A stretch of DNA of 64,000 nucleotides from Azolla caroliniana (Eukaryota > Plantae > Polypodiophyta): assembly GCA_043228905.1 (NCBI GenBank), contig JBHGNT010000022.1, positions 4,712,001 through 4,776,000 of the forward strand, read 5' to 3'. How positions within the stretch are numbered: position 1 is the stretch's first letter; the number at the start of each line of letters is the position of its first letter. Shown one piece after another: positions 13,697 through 27,000 of the stretch. Position numbers and translations under genes: made by a program. The notes below the pieces were generated by a model that worked only from the letters and a program-made list of their open reading frames with translations, was not told the origin of the DNA and did no database searches.

Positions 13697-13826
13697 CATG
13701 AGTGCCAAGTGTCACCCATGCATGAGAAAAGTGGATGCATGAGTGCCAAGTGTCACCCCTGCATGAGAAACGTGGGTGCATGAGTGACAAGTGTTTCCCA
13801 TGTATTAGGAAGGTGGATACATTAGT
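13697..13826. repeat. Tandem repeat, 41-bp unit, about 3 copies
   Basis: CATGAGTGCCAAGTGTCACCCATGCATGAGAAAAGTGGATG at 13697, 13738 and 13779. Confidence 0.9.
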
Positions 13827-13830
13827 GGAT

Positions 13831-14205
13831 AATAGCTTTAATAGCTAAAATACTTGATAAAAATGTGCTTTGAATAGGTATTTAGCTTAAAAAGTTGGTT
13901 ATAGCTTTAATAGCTAAAATAGCTGATAGTGATAATAACAAGTGTGTTGATAATAGGTATTTAGATTTAAAAGTAGGTAATAGATTTAATAGCTAAAATA
14001 GGTGATACTGATAATAACAAGTGTGTTGATAATGTCTTTAGGTTAAAAAGTGGGTAATAGCTTTAATAGCCAAAATACCTTATAGTGATAATAATTGTGC
14101 TTTGAATAGGTATTTAGCTTTAAAAGTGGGTAATAGCTTTAATAGCTAAAATACTTGATAGTGACAATAGCAAAATGTGTTGATAACATGTATTTAGTTT
14201 TAAAA
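13831..14205. repeat. AT-rich tandem repeat, ~70-79-bp unit, 5 copies
   Basis: AATAGCTTTAATAGCTAAAATA...GATA...TATTTAG.TT.AAAAGT.GGT starting near 13831, 13900, 13979, 14056 and 14132. Confidence 0.88.
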
Positions 14206-14384
14206 TATTTTACTCGATATTATGTTTTATCGTAGATTCAACTAGCTATTATCATCCTATGGCAAGTGTTCTTGTCAAGTTATTAGCTATCTCTTAGCTA
14301 AAAAACCATTTACAAAGGTTTGAATCAGTTCATATAATTTGGTAGAGGTTATTTTCTCATTGTGGCACGAAAACATCATGACAA

Positions 14385-16305
14385 TATCCTTACTAAGGTG
14401 GATCTAGTGTTGGCATAGTTTCGGATCCACCTCCCGCATATCCTCGTACAACCAAGCGAATAAGTCTTTAAATTCTTTCATCAATCCGACCATTGCCGTC
14501 TTCTCCTCTGGTGGCATCTCCTTAGCCACGTTCACCGGTCGTGGTCCCTTGATCATCCTGAGATTGACTTCCTCTAGTGTTGATGCTTTTATGCGCCGCG
14601 ACATGGCCATTTCCTTCTCCAAATCTTCCTGCGCTTGCCAGAGTTCCCAGATAGCCTCCCAATCGTTTGGTCAATATCTTCCTCCCGGCTAGTTACATAA
14701 GCTTGCGTGACTGCCTCTACTACATCTACCTCGAACAACGGAACTATCTTGGGATTCTCATCTAAGTACTAGTCCACTTCCTCATCGGCCAATCCGTCCA
14801 TCATATTGATTCCTTCCGAGTACAAGGGCGCCAACTGTTTTCTTGTACCGAGCTGTTCCTGTGTCGGTACCCGGACTTTAGTCTTGCCACGCCGGAAACT
14901 AATCATGTTTTTCTACTAATTTTGCTTGATTTGTGCCATCTTTAACTAGGGTTGGCCTAGCAATAAAAGGTACACACTGCGACATTCAATTGTAAGACTA
15001 CAGCCGAAATCTTGAACACATGTCCTCCGATGTTGATCTCCAAATTCCAGATGATTCTGGTCGGTTGAACCGAGCTTATGTCCACATTCGCAACCACAAT
15101 GAGCACCCCAGTTTATCACACGTTCTTCTGCTAATTACATTCACGCCGAATCCCCAATTGATAATCGTGTCAAATACTTCTTTGCCTTTGATAATTACCA
15201 TTACCGCCAGCCTGTTTGTGTCAACCACCGTCGGCCCTTCACTTGGGTTTGTGAAATACGTTGGTGTCGTTGTTGGTTTTGTTGGCGCTAGTGCCGATCT
15301 AAGACCCTTGATGAACCGGGGCACTAATTGTAGTAATCGGCCAAGCGGCAACATGATTTGGCATTGTGTGAATGTCTGCCACGATGGGTCCTCCTTTACA
15401 ATGTCATTGATGAAAGTCACAAAGTACTATCCGCCTGGATGTGACGGAGCATCTACATAACACACATCCATGTGTACCAGTTCCAGTGCAACTTCTCTTC
15501 TTCTTGGTGGCCATGTGTGGTATGATGCTCTGTTCTACTTTTCGACTAAGCAGTCGACGCACTTCTCTAGGTGCACTCCCTTTACTTCTAGTAGAAGCTT
15601 CTGGTCGTCCATCAGATGCAGTCCCTTCTCACTCATGTGGCCTAGCCTCTTATGACATATCCGTCTTGCCGAGTCGGTTACCACATTCTCTTCCGACTAG
15701 CACAATCGGGCTTGCATCATATACAATGTGCCTTCCTTCTGTGCTCGGGCCACTATAAGATTTCCTTGGCAGAACTTCCACTTGCCATTCCGAAAACTAC
15801 CATTGTAACCTTCTTTGTTCAGTCTTCCAATCGGTATCAAATTCAATATGATATCGGGGACATGTTGAACATCCTTCAGAGTCAGTTGTCACCCTGTCGA
15901 CGTCGTCAGGTAGGCACTTCTGATTCCGGCTATCTTGCACTCCCCACTGTCACCCATCTCTACATAACCATGATCACCAGCCATGTAAGTCAAGAAATAC
16001 TCTCTCGACGGAGTGATGTGGAAGGATGAACCGGCGTCGATGATCCAAGTGCATTATTCGCTTGCAATATTTGCACTTGTCTATTAAAAAATGAACAAAA
16101 GTTCTTCATTGCTCGTAGCAATGGCTGAAGTATAGTTTTCTTCAGGAATCTTCCTAGGTTCGACATTATTACTGATGCTCTTTTCCTTTTTAAGGTGTCA
16201 ACAATCCTTCTGGAAATGTCCAAGCTTTCAACAATAAAAACACACAAACTTTCCTCTGAACTTCGACCTGGCTTGAGACTTGTCTCTCCTTGGTGGACTC
16301 CTTTG
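14385..16305 (-). mobile_element. Old Athila/Tat-like Gypsy fragment (gag-protease-start of RT)
   Basis: LEEVNL..DLFAWLYEDMREVDPKLCQH, protease-region GFGVNVISRRTC and LLQLVPRF are homologous to 57316-58586; heavily decayed. Confidence 0.78.
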
Positions 16306-16309
16306 CCGG

Positions 16310-16651
16310 TTTCTTCCACTGCCGGTATGTTGAGTCAAATTGACTCCGACTGGACTAGGACACCCTTGTACTTCCTTCTCGCTTCCTCATTTAGGATGCT
16401 TGTCTTCACCGGTGGTAAAGACAAGTTCTTTTCTTGACAGGAGGTGTTAATAGTAACCATCAGGTTTTCCCAGCTATCCGGCAGTGTGCACATCAGTAGG
16501 ATGGCCTGCATAGCATCATCAAAGGGAAACTTGGTTTCGGCAAGTTGGTTTACATACCCCATGAATGTGCTGATGTGTTCGACGATGCTCTCATTGCCTC
16601 TGTATTTCAGTCGTATGATCTTTCTCATCAGCGAGGTTTTATTGAGAGCGT
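16310..16651 (-). pseudogene. gag: Ty1/Copia gag (UBN2-type) fragment
   Basis: MRKIIRLKY...EHISTF...AILLMCTLPDSWENL...ILNEEARRK, similar to the Copia gags at 30626-31147 and 52838-53425. Confidence 0.85.
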
Positions 16652-16787
16652 TGTCGGGGTAGTTGTGGTTCGTGCGGTGAAGTCGCGGGGACTAAGGTTA
16701 AGGGGAGTTGAAGAAACTTAACTTTTAATAAGGCTTCTATGGTCTTGATAGAATGGTTAAGGATAGTAAGAAGAAGAGTTACGAGTA

Positions 16788-16821
<34 letters not shown>

Positions 16822-17549
16822 AAGACGAGCATAGATAAAAGATAGAGACAATGTATGATTCAAGGAACAAGAGTATATGATATAAACATGATGTATATTA
16901 AAAAGACAATATTTTACCAACTTTACAATCCTTGATCACAAATTAAACACATTCTCAACCGACCCTTGATTTGAACCCACGACCTCAACTCCGAAATGAG
17001 AGGTTCTCCACCCAATGAGCTACTCTTCTTTACTTAATTGTATTGTTTTCTCACTCTCTCTTCCCCTCCTCTTGTTTTCCTTGCCCCTCTTTATATAAGT
17101 GTTGCCATGCATATGGTAATGTATGGGAGCATGGCATGCATGCAATGCATGAGTTACATGTAATGCATGATTGCCATTGGGTGCACATGTATTGCACGTG
17201 ATGCATGGTAGCCATCATGCTCACTTGAGCTCCCATGTATCAAAATAGATATGGGATAAGTATAATGATGAAATGTATTCTAAAATAACTAACGTAGCTT
17301 AGTGGTGTATACTTTGTGTTTGGCATACAAGGTTGAGAGTTCAAGTCTCTCAATTTTACTCAATACAATATATAGCTTCATTCTTATATCATGAAGCACA
17401 TTTATTATAAACTCTTACAAATAAATAGCCTAGGCTAGTGGTATGTACATTGTACTTTGTATATAAGGATGTGGGTTCAAGTCTCTCAAATATTATTAAA
17501 TACAATATTTAAGCTCATTTTTATATCGTGAAGCACATTCTTCACGACA
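16652..17549 (-). repeat. 3' LTR (898 bp)
   Basis: Direct repeat of 23138-24077; PPT GAGGGGGTGGG (minus strand) at 17550-17560. Confidence 0.95.
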
Positions 17550-17649
17550 CCCACCCCCTCTGAACTTGCACATTGGTTGCGCAGAGTTCATCCAACACTT
17601 CTTCCGATTCTTTTAGTTCTTCTACTTCTTCATAAAATTTGGGCTCTAA

Positions 17650-20600
17650 TTACTCCCTCCTTTTAAATATTTTAACCCTTTTTCCTGCAATTGGGATACG
17701 AATATCTGTCCCATCTAACTCATTGAGGAAATATGTGGCCTTATCCATTATTTTACTAACTTCATAAGGTCCAAACCATCTTTTTGCGAACTTCTGAATA
17801 GTACTGTATTGATTATCTAGGTTGTTATCATATACTAATACCAAGTCTCCCTCTTGCACCCTTCTTGGTCATATTCTTTTCATCTTGTCAAATCTGTCCT
17901 TATTCTTGATTCTTGCCTCTTTCAATCTAGTAGCAACTTTTTCTATGTCTTCTGTCCTGGATTGAAATTGTCGTATCCGAATAGCAAGTAAATCTTCCCT
18001 ACTCATTTCTGATTCCCAAGGCAACACAACCCATGTAGTTATCTTTTCTTCAATTGGCATTCTCGGCTTCTATCCTGTGATTAATTTTGCAGGCATATTT
18101 CCAGTAACAGTACTGTGAGTTGTCCTATTAGCCCATAGTGCATAGGGTAAGTTTTTTGGCCAATCACTAACACGTCCTTTACATGCCTTTGCCAAAGCTT
18201 TGACTATTGGCACATGTCCCCTTTCTATCTTCCCATTAGCTTCCAGATTGTACGCAATTGTCAAAGAAAGCCGAATTCCTACTTGGTCAAAAAAATCTTG
18301 AGTTTCCGCAGAATTGAGCTCTCCCCTATCTGCCACTATCTTCCCAATACATTCATATCTACAAACAATGTCCTCCAAGCTGAATTGGCATACTCCTAAT
18401 GTCCCTTTCGTTCGCAGTGCACATCCTTCCACTTGATTTGTTAGATCTTCTCTTGCAAGAACCAAGTATCTCTTTTGTCCTACTCCAAGCGGCATTGTTA
18501 CCAAATCTATCATCCACCTGTAATGCACCCCCGGTGAGTATGCTAGGTGTAACTCATCACAAAATTTTATATTTGAATAATATTGACAAGTGGGACAAGT
18601 TTCCACATACTTTTTTATTTGCTCATAGTATCGAGGCCACCAAAACTATTCTTTAATCTTACTGAAAGTGGTCCACACTCCTGGATGACTAGCCCATTCT
18701 TTGTCATGCAGCTCTATGATTATCTCCTTTCTTTGCCCTTCAGAACCTATTACTCTTTGCGGGTTTCCAGTCTTGGTCTTTGGATGTCGCCATAGATATC
18801 CTTCATGCAGGAAGAACTTATGGGCTTTCTTGCGAAACTGCGCGAACTCTTTTCCAAATCGACCTTTGTACTTTTCAGGGTTTGTAGGTATTTTCCTATT
18901 TCCTTGAATTCTTGTTCATACTCCTCTTCTAGAAACTGCATCCCTTCTTCTCGGGTAATGCTTGTGGCAAGGACTATTTGTTCTTTGTCCTCATCGTCCG
19001 AGTCTGGAATCTCCTCTTCCTTATACCTTGCTCTTGATAACATATCTGCTACTACATTTTTATTCCCAGAGATATGTCTAACTTCAGGGTTGACTGATCT
19101 AATATAGATACACCATCTTAACATGGCTTGATCTGGAATATAACAATTAGCTATGATACCAAGAATAGGCAAACAATCTATTTCTATTATTACTTTAGCA
19201 CCAATTAAGTAATCTCTGTCTGTCTTTACTGCTGTTACTATCCCCCATAGCTCTCTTTTCACCTGTGCATATTTTCTTTGTCAACCACTAAGAACCTTTG
19301 CTCCGAATCAGACTGGATACCTTTCTTCCCCATCTTGTTGGCTTATCACCCATCCAATTCCAATGGAATATATGGGTGAGATATATGGGTCGGGTGTAGT
19401 CAGGTTGCTTTAATGGTGGAGTTTGTGCTAAGTAGTACTTCAATTTCTTCATTGCCTCTGAATGCTCTTCACTCCATTCAAATGTCTCTCCTTTTCTTAG
19501 GATTCTATATAAAGGTTCAGATAAATGGGCATAATGTGGAATCCATTTACAATAAAAAACACATAGCCCCAGAAACCTTCGTACTTCTGAGATAGATGTA
19601 CATTCCTCTTGCATATTTTGAATTGCATTGACCTTGGCTGGGAATGGCTTTCTCCCCTATAGGCCACACATATGACCAACTATTAATATCTCTTTTGCCC
19701 CAAATATTGACTTCGCCCCTGATAAGGTCAAATGCACTTCTTCCATCCTTCATAGTACCTTCTCACAATCCTTGATATGGTCAACGACGAATTGACAGCA
19801 ACCACTTTCGTTTAATTCCTCATTCTTCTCTTCCTCCTTGCATCCCTTAATTGGAACATCATCTAAAAAAGGTATTGTAATATGAGGAATAAAATCATGA
19901 AGTACCTTGTTCATTCCATTCATCATATGTGCCACTGAGTTGGTCGCTCCTTGCGGCAAGGTACACATCCGTACTAACCCTATAGGTGTCTTGATAGAAG
20001 TTATATCTCGACTTTTGATAGCAAGTTGAAATTGATCATACCCGGAATAAAGGTCTCCCATTGAATATATAGCTCTTCCTGCAAACATCTCAGCAAACTC
20101 ATCCAAATTTGGCCCTACCCTCAAGTTTCGGATTGTTACCTTATTCACGGGTTGCATATCTTGGATAAATCGGAGTTTCCCATCTTTCTTTAACACAGTG
20201 AACCATCAACTCGCGTAAGGAGCGTTCGATGGTTCCAAGATACCCATCCTTATCTTTTCTTTCAGAAGTTCTAATAGTTGAGGGATTCTAGCCCTAGGCA
20301 TGGGTATTGGCTTAAAGTTCCATGGAATATGAGTAATAGTGAATATAACCATGGGCTCTACAATTTCTGGATCCACACACCCTATTTCCTCAGGTTGGAA
20401 TGCGAACGCCTTTCCATGCCTTTTTAACATCTCCCTGAATTGCTTTTCTTCAGAAGGTAATAGGAAGTCACCCCCTCCTATTTTCATCCCTTGTATTGTT
20501 TCCGGAGTAAACACATGTCCCACCTTTTGTGGGTCTCTGATCATTGGCTTTGTGCCTACTTCTTTGATTGCTTTTTCACTATCCCCTGGAAGTGGAGCAA

Positions 20601-23086
20601 CAATAGGATGAACCTTCTTCTCCACTGTCTTGTACTTTGTTAGTACATGTGCTTCATGATCCTTTCGAGCAACTTCTTCAATGACCTCATACATCTTGAT
20701 TGAATGGATAGGAACTTGGATTTCGTTGTCTTCTTCCATTGCTTCCAAATGAGTTATTGTATCTTCAAAACTTAATTCTTCAAACATATCCAGAATTTCT
20801 TCATCATCATCTATTAATCCAAAACACTTAAAGTACTCGAAAGCATTTTGTATTTTATTATTATTTACTTTTAGTATAAAAGTAGCACCATTAGATGAGA
20901 TTGTACAAGGAATATCTTTATTTACATTATTATTCATGGGGTTTTCTTTTATGTTCGGGCTATCACAACCCCTACCTATAAAATCCCTATCTAAAAATCC
21001 TGTGAAAACTCTTCATCCATCTCTTGAATTGGATGTTCCCTCAAACATTCTTTGTTTCTTTCATGGTTGGGCCTCATGGTTAAGAATTGGACAGTCTTTC
21101 TTCCATCTTGACTCTTGATTCTTGCGAAAGCCGAACCATCATTAATAACCTTTGTTTCCATCCTCACTGCGGTGATGTAGGGTTGACCAAGGATGATGGG
21201 GTAGGTTGATCGATCCTGCACAAAGAAATTTTGATTCACCAACACATCACCAATTGTTACCTTCACACTAGGACATGCTCCGAATAGATCCTCCATAGTC
21301 TCTGTGGAAACTCTTATTTTCCACCCATGATTCTTGTCGATCGGCCACCGTCCTCGAGCGTAAAATTCCGATGACATAATGTTAATCTCGGATCCATGAT
21401 CGATCAAAGCAATACATGGAATTTGTTGCTCCCCAATTTTTGCAAGTGCCTCCGTTGTTGCTCAAGCCCAATGGTCCCTTGTATAGTGACTCCTATCCCC
21501 TTCATGGACGCCAACATCATTCTCGTTTTTCACACTTGTAGCATTGATGGTGCCACCATACAAATCTTGGAATGTTGATGCACACCCTCTCGTAATTTCC
21601 TCCGTCACTTGTCTCTTCCTTCTAATAATATCTATGATAACTTCATGAAATTCTTTCTTTGCTATACCCAACACTTCTCTTAATGTAAATTCTACCTTAT
21701 TATTTAATATTCTTGTTTCTAGTACCTTTTTTATATCCGTCGTTGTTTCTATGTCTGAGGCAAGATTCAAAGATGGGCCTATCTTTCCTCTTACTTTATC
21801 AGCTTCCTTCGGCTCAGTAGCACCCTTTTCCATCACCCTTCTCTTCTGTTCTCGTGTCTCATGTCTCTTTGTCGGATCAACTTCCTCAACTCTCTTCCGC
21901 TTCTCTTCCACTAGCACATCTTGTGCATTCACTTGGGCGAATGCTGATAGCGCGGCTACTGGATCATTCCATCCAGTGAAATTTCGTATTTCATCTCCCA
22001 CTCTTTTTAATTCATCCACTCGAACCTTCCCTTTTCTTGCATAATCCATCACATCTTGCCAAAAGCCAGATCCACCATATGAGTCTTCTACGCGTAGGTT
22101 GCCACAGATTGTATCGCTTGAGTCGTTTCTCTCTTGGCATCTTCCATTAGCTTTTTCATTCCTCCTCGCCCGAAGTTGAGTTGAAGTGGTTGTCAAGTCT
22201 TTGTCGAGTGAATCTTGCCATCTTGATAGTAGATTTTATTATGATTAAGAGCATCCCTATGCTCTTGACAATCTTTCTTCTGGTGGTTGATACTATCACA
22301 CCACATACACCTTTGGACCATTCCACCTCCCTGCCTTGATGAAGTCGAGCTTTGTCCCGATTCTAGCTTTGTCACTTTGATCGACAAGTCTTTCATGCCT
22401 TTCACCAATTTGTGTAAGAGTGATTCTTCTACTTTCTTTTCTCCCGACGCGTTACCCGTTTCTTCATCATTTCTGTAGGGCAACTCCATAAACCATAACT
22501 TTCTTTTGCAGAAATGGGAGCACGCCCTTTTCACCTCCTCCCAGTCTTCGGTAAGTCCACTTGGATTATTCTGATCTTCTAAAAGCATTCCCAAGTCCTT
22601 CCTGTCTTTAATATTAGTAGCTTGTAGAAACAATATTACTTTATCTGGCATTATTATATTTCTATCTCTAACATTTAATTGCTCAAATCTTTCTAAAAGC
22701 TCTTTTAACACTTCCAAAACACTTAAATGTTTATCAGACTCTACCCAATCCATGAAAGCTCGCCTTGTCATCCTGTACATATTGTTGAGGTTGTATTTAT
22801 TTAGTAATGCTCTTTCGAAAGTCGCCCATGTCTGATGTTCCCTCTATAGCTCCTAGATCCTTTCTTGTAGCCCAATCGTAGCAGCTCGACTAAAGCTATT
22901 AATTTTTGCAGCTTCGTCGATACCACGTTTAAGCATTTCTTCATTATAAATCTTCAGAAATCTTGTTAAATTTATACCTTCGAAGATTCCTACTCGTGCG
23001 AGAATATTGTTGACAGCTTTGTCGATGCTTGCCATCATTCCTTGTTCCCGCATCACTCATTCCATCATCGTACACATAAGCCTCAT
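17650..23086 (-). pseudogene. gag-pol: gag-PR and RT-RH-INT reading frames of the family A element
   Basis: Chain of minus-strand ORFs 22853-23056, 22193-22780, 21462-22196, 20991-21407, 20206-20937, 19750-20196, 19288-19614, 18750-19262, 18070-18606 and 17650-17859, broken by stops and frameshifts. Confidence 0.92.
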
Positions 23087-23115
23087 TTTCTCCTCCATTT
23101 CTCCTCGTTGCCGCC

Positions 23116-23133
23116 TTCACGTCAGGTTCACCA
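23116..23133 (-). promoter_or_regulatory. Primer-binding site, tRNA-Trp
   Basis: Minus strand TGGTGAACCTGACGTGAA, 4 nt after the LTR end. Confidence 0.85.
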
Positions 23134-23137
23134 AATG

Positions 23138-24077
23138 TGTCGGGGTAGTTGTGGTTCGTGCGGAGAAGTTACAGGGACGAAGGTTAAGGGGAGTTGAAGG
23201 AACTTAAATTTTAATAAGCCTTGTATGGTGATGTTAGAAAGGTTAACAATAGCATGAAGAGTTACGAGTAATGTGTGTGTGAGAGAGAGAGACGAGAATA
23301 GATAGAAGAGAGAGACAATATATGATTCAAGAAGCAAGATAGAGACAAAGTATGATTTAAGAAGGAAGATTGAGACAAAGTATGATTCAAGAAGCAAGAG
23401 TATTTGATATAAACACAATGTATATTAAAAAGACAATATTTTACCAACTTTACAATCCTTGATCGTAAATTGAACACATTCTCAACCGACCCTTGATTTA
23501 AACCCACGACCTCAACTCCGAAACAAGAGGTTCTCCACCCAATGAGCTACTCTTCTTTACTTAATTGTATTATTTTCTCACTCTCTCTTCCCCTCCTCTT
23601 GTTTTCCTTGCCCCTCTTTATATAAGTGTTGCCATGCATATGGTAATGTATGGGAGCATGTCATGCATGCAATGCATGAGTTACATGTAATGCATGATTG
23701 CCATTTGTCACACATGTATTGCACGTGATGCATGGTAGCCATCATGCTCACTTAAGCTCCCATGTATGAAAATAGATATGGGATAAGTATAATGATGAAA
23801 ATGTATTCTAAAATAACTAACGTAGCTTAGTGGTGTATACTTTGTGTTTGGCATACAAGGTTGAGAGTTCAAGTCTCTCAATTTTACTCAATACAATATA
23901 TAGCTTCATTCTTACATCATGAAGCACATTTATTACATACTTTTACAAATAAATAGCCTAGGCTAGTGGTATGTACATTGTACTTTGTATATAAGGATGT
24001 GGGTTCAAGTCTCTCAAATATTATTAAATATAATGTTTAAGCTCATTTTTATATCGTGAAACACATTCTTTACGACA
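23138..24077 (-). repeat. 5' LTR (940 bp)
   Basis: Matches 16652-17549 and carries extra copies of a ~30-bp GAGACAAAGTATGATTCAAGAAG unit. Confidence 0.95.
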
Positions 24078-27000
24078 ACGCTACTTAGTGGCACAACTTT
24101 GGCATGGTTCGCCCCTTTATTCGAAAAAGGCTCTTCGTTGATTAAACATTTTGAAGATTTTATTAGTGAGTTTAAAGCATGTTTTGGAGTGACTTTGCAA
24201 TTTCCTTATGGCCTATGTAATGATGTCAAAGATTTACTCTTGACTTTCCCTGAAGAGCCAAAGTCACTCACATAAACAATCAGTCGAGTGGCATGATGCA
24301 ATAACCGTCTTTTCAAACGACGTTCAGAACTTTAGTTCCAGATGCGAAGGACAAGATTAGAGCCCACCTATGCCTCAGTTGTAGCAAAACCTTTTCCAAG
24401 AGAGTCATATAATGCATGTCTAGCAAATACTCCAACTCTGATGGAAATTGACCATTATCAAAAGAGGAAAAGCAGCGATGCTTAGCAAATCGACTATGTC
24501 TTTATTGTGGTGGACTGGGGGATATTGCAGTGAATTATCCTCATAGGTCAAGAAGACAAGTAAATCAAATAGCCGCTAGTACCAATAATACTAAACCCGA
24601 GTTTATTTCATTAGGAGTGTCAGATAGTCCTAGTAGCCCAAGCCTATCATACAAATTTGAAGTCCTTAGTCAATTAGAAGAATACTTAAATGGCTAAGTC
24701 CAACCAAAATAAGAGTTTTTTGGTTGGACAGTCCTAGATCTCTGTAGCCCATTAGTGGTTCCATTCCCTCTAAGCAAGTTAATAATGTCCTCCTAGATCA
24801 AGTAACAATTAGTACTAAAAGTAATCCTCCAGTACATGTCTTAGCAGTCCTAAATTCCAAAGCCAATTCTTGCTTCATCGATAATAATTTTGCCCAAGAT
24901 CATCAGATATCCCTAAAAAAACTCCTTTGCCCGACTTCTGTAGTAGTCATTGATAGTCACCCTATTGCTTCCGGAAATATTGTAGAAGAATTAGAGCGGA
25001 TTAATGTTGTCCTAAATAATTTGGCATGTTCAGTATCATTTAATATAATTAGTAATCTAGAGCATCCAATTGTTTTGGGGTTACCATGGTTCAAATTAAA
25101 CAATCCAGACGTAGATTGGAGAACAAGAGAAATTGGGTATCGACAACCTCGAGGATCTCAACGATTTCGCTACATCAATTGTGTGAGGCAGGATGCAAGG
25201 AAGCAATGTTTGTATTTGCAGTATCATTGAAACCTTCCAACATCGCTAAGGAGGAGTCAACAATTTAACTTCCTAAGAAGTATCCTCATTATGCCAATGT
25301 TTTTGATAAGGTAAAAGCTAGTACTCTTCCTCATCATCGACCGTATGATTGTTCTATTGAGTTACAACCCGGAAAAGAGCCACCGTGGGGACCAATCTAC
25401 AACTTGTCACCAACCGAGCTTGAAGTTCTTCGAGCCTACATAGAGGAAAATTTGGCAAATGGGTTCATTCAACATTCGAAATCTCCAACCAACGCACCTT
25501 GTACGAAAGAATTAATGGCGCAACGTTTTTACAAAAATCGACCTCACCAATGCGCCACCGAGATTGTTTGGACATCTATTTCATCATCTACTTGGATGAT
25601 CTGCTAATTTATTCAAAGACACAAGAGGATCATGATTCTCATGTACAATTAGTACTAAGACAACTACGAGAACATGGTCTTTATGCAAAGCTAGAAAAGT
25701 GTAGCTTTGACTTTAATCAGGTGGAATTTCTAGGCTATGCCATCTCATCGGAAGGCATCTCTATGGATCCAGCTAAAGTCCAAACTGTGTTGGAGTGACA
25801 GACTCCACGTTCATTGCGAGATGTGCAATGCTTTTTAGGATTCGCAAACTTCTATCGCAAGTTTATACAGGACTACTCAAAGCTTATTTTGCTGCTCACA
25901 CAACTTACAAAGAAAGGGAAATCATTTGTTTGGACTAAGGAAGCAGACACGACTTTTGAGGGTCTCAAAAAAGCATTTACATCAGCTCTTGTTTTAGCTC
26001 ATGTTGATCCACAAAAACCATTTATCATTGAAGCAAATGTGTCCTATTTTGCCCTCGGTAGTATTTTGTCACTGCAAGGTAACAATCAGAAGCTACATCC
26101 CTTGGCTTTCCACTCACGCAAATTTGACGCCACCGAAATCAACTGCGAGATACATGACAAGGAGCTCTTAGCAGTAGTAGACTCTTTTGCACAATGGAGG
26201 CATTTTTTAGAAGGATCTCCTCATCAAGTCACTATATTCAGTGATCACAAGAATCTTGCCTACTTCCAAAATGCTCGTGTATTAAATAGACGACAAGCTC
26301 CAGGGGCCCAATGTCTCACCCGTTTTAACTTCAATATTACATATCGTCGGGGCAAGAAATAGGTTAAGGCAGATGCATTATCATGGCGCTCGTATCTAGC
26401 TCCTTGTCCTGGTGATCCGGCCTTCGACAATCAAAAGGAAGTATTCTTGGGTCCGACACGACTTCAAGCAACGTAGGTCTTTGACACTCCATTGGATTCC
26501 TGCATTATCGATACCATACGTCAAGATTTGAAGACAGATATTTTCGCTCAAGCTATTCTAGATCAAATCGATCCTTCTCGGGAATCTTGTTGACAATCAC
26601 AACAACCAGGTATAGATTATAAGCAATTTGAATGTCATAATGGATTGCTCTTCTTGAAGAAACTTTTGTATCTTCCCAATGGTTTGTGCCACCTTCGAAT
26701 AGTACAAAACTGTCATGACACATACACAGTCAGACATTTTGGTAGCACTAAAACGTCGGAATTAGTACAATGATGATTTTGGTGGACTCATATGCGGAGA
26801 TTTGTCGAAGACTATATTCGGACATGTGATACATGTTTTAGAGCGACAATGCTACGACATCATCCATATGGTTTGTCAGAGCCATTACCGATTCCAAGCA
26901 AACGATGACAATCTATTCCTCTCAATTTTATCACAAACCTTCCGAACTCAAGGGGCTTCAATGCAATCTTAACAGTGGTAGATCTATATACTAAGATGGC

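Larger units (their letters stand above)
16652..24077 (-). mobile_element. Full-length Ty3/Gypsy LTR retrotransposon (family A), decayed
   Basis: Two highly similar TG...CA LTRs, tRNA-Trp PBS, PPT; gag (CMWCDSINHQKKDC), protease (IDHGSEIN), RT (PFLDD), RNase H and integrase (ADRGEL, EANGKIERGH, WFGPY) in Gypsy order. Confidence 0.96.

Noticed and set aside
13831-14205. Telomeric or centromeric repeat
   Set aside because: No TTTAGGG units and only five degenerate copies; its function cannot be supported from sequence alone.
17294-17351. Bona fide tRNA gene
   Set aside because: No acceptor stem or canonical 7-nt anticodon loop, and it lies inside an LTR; reported only as a tRNA-like module.
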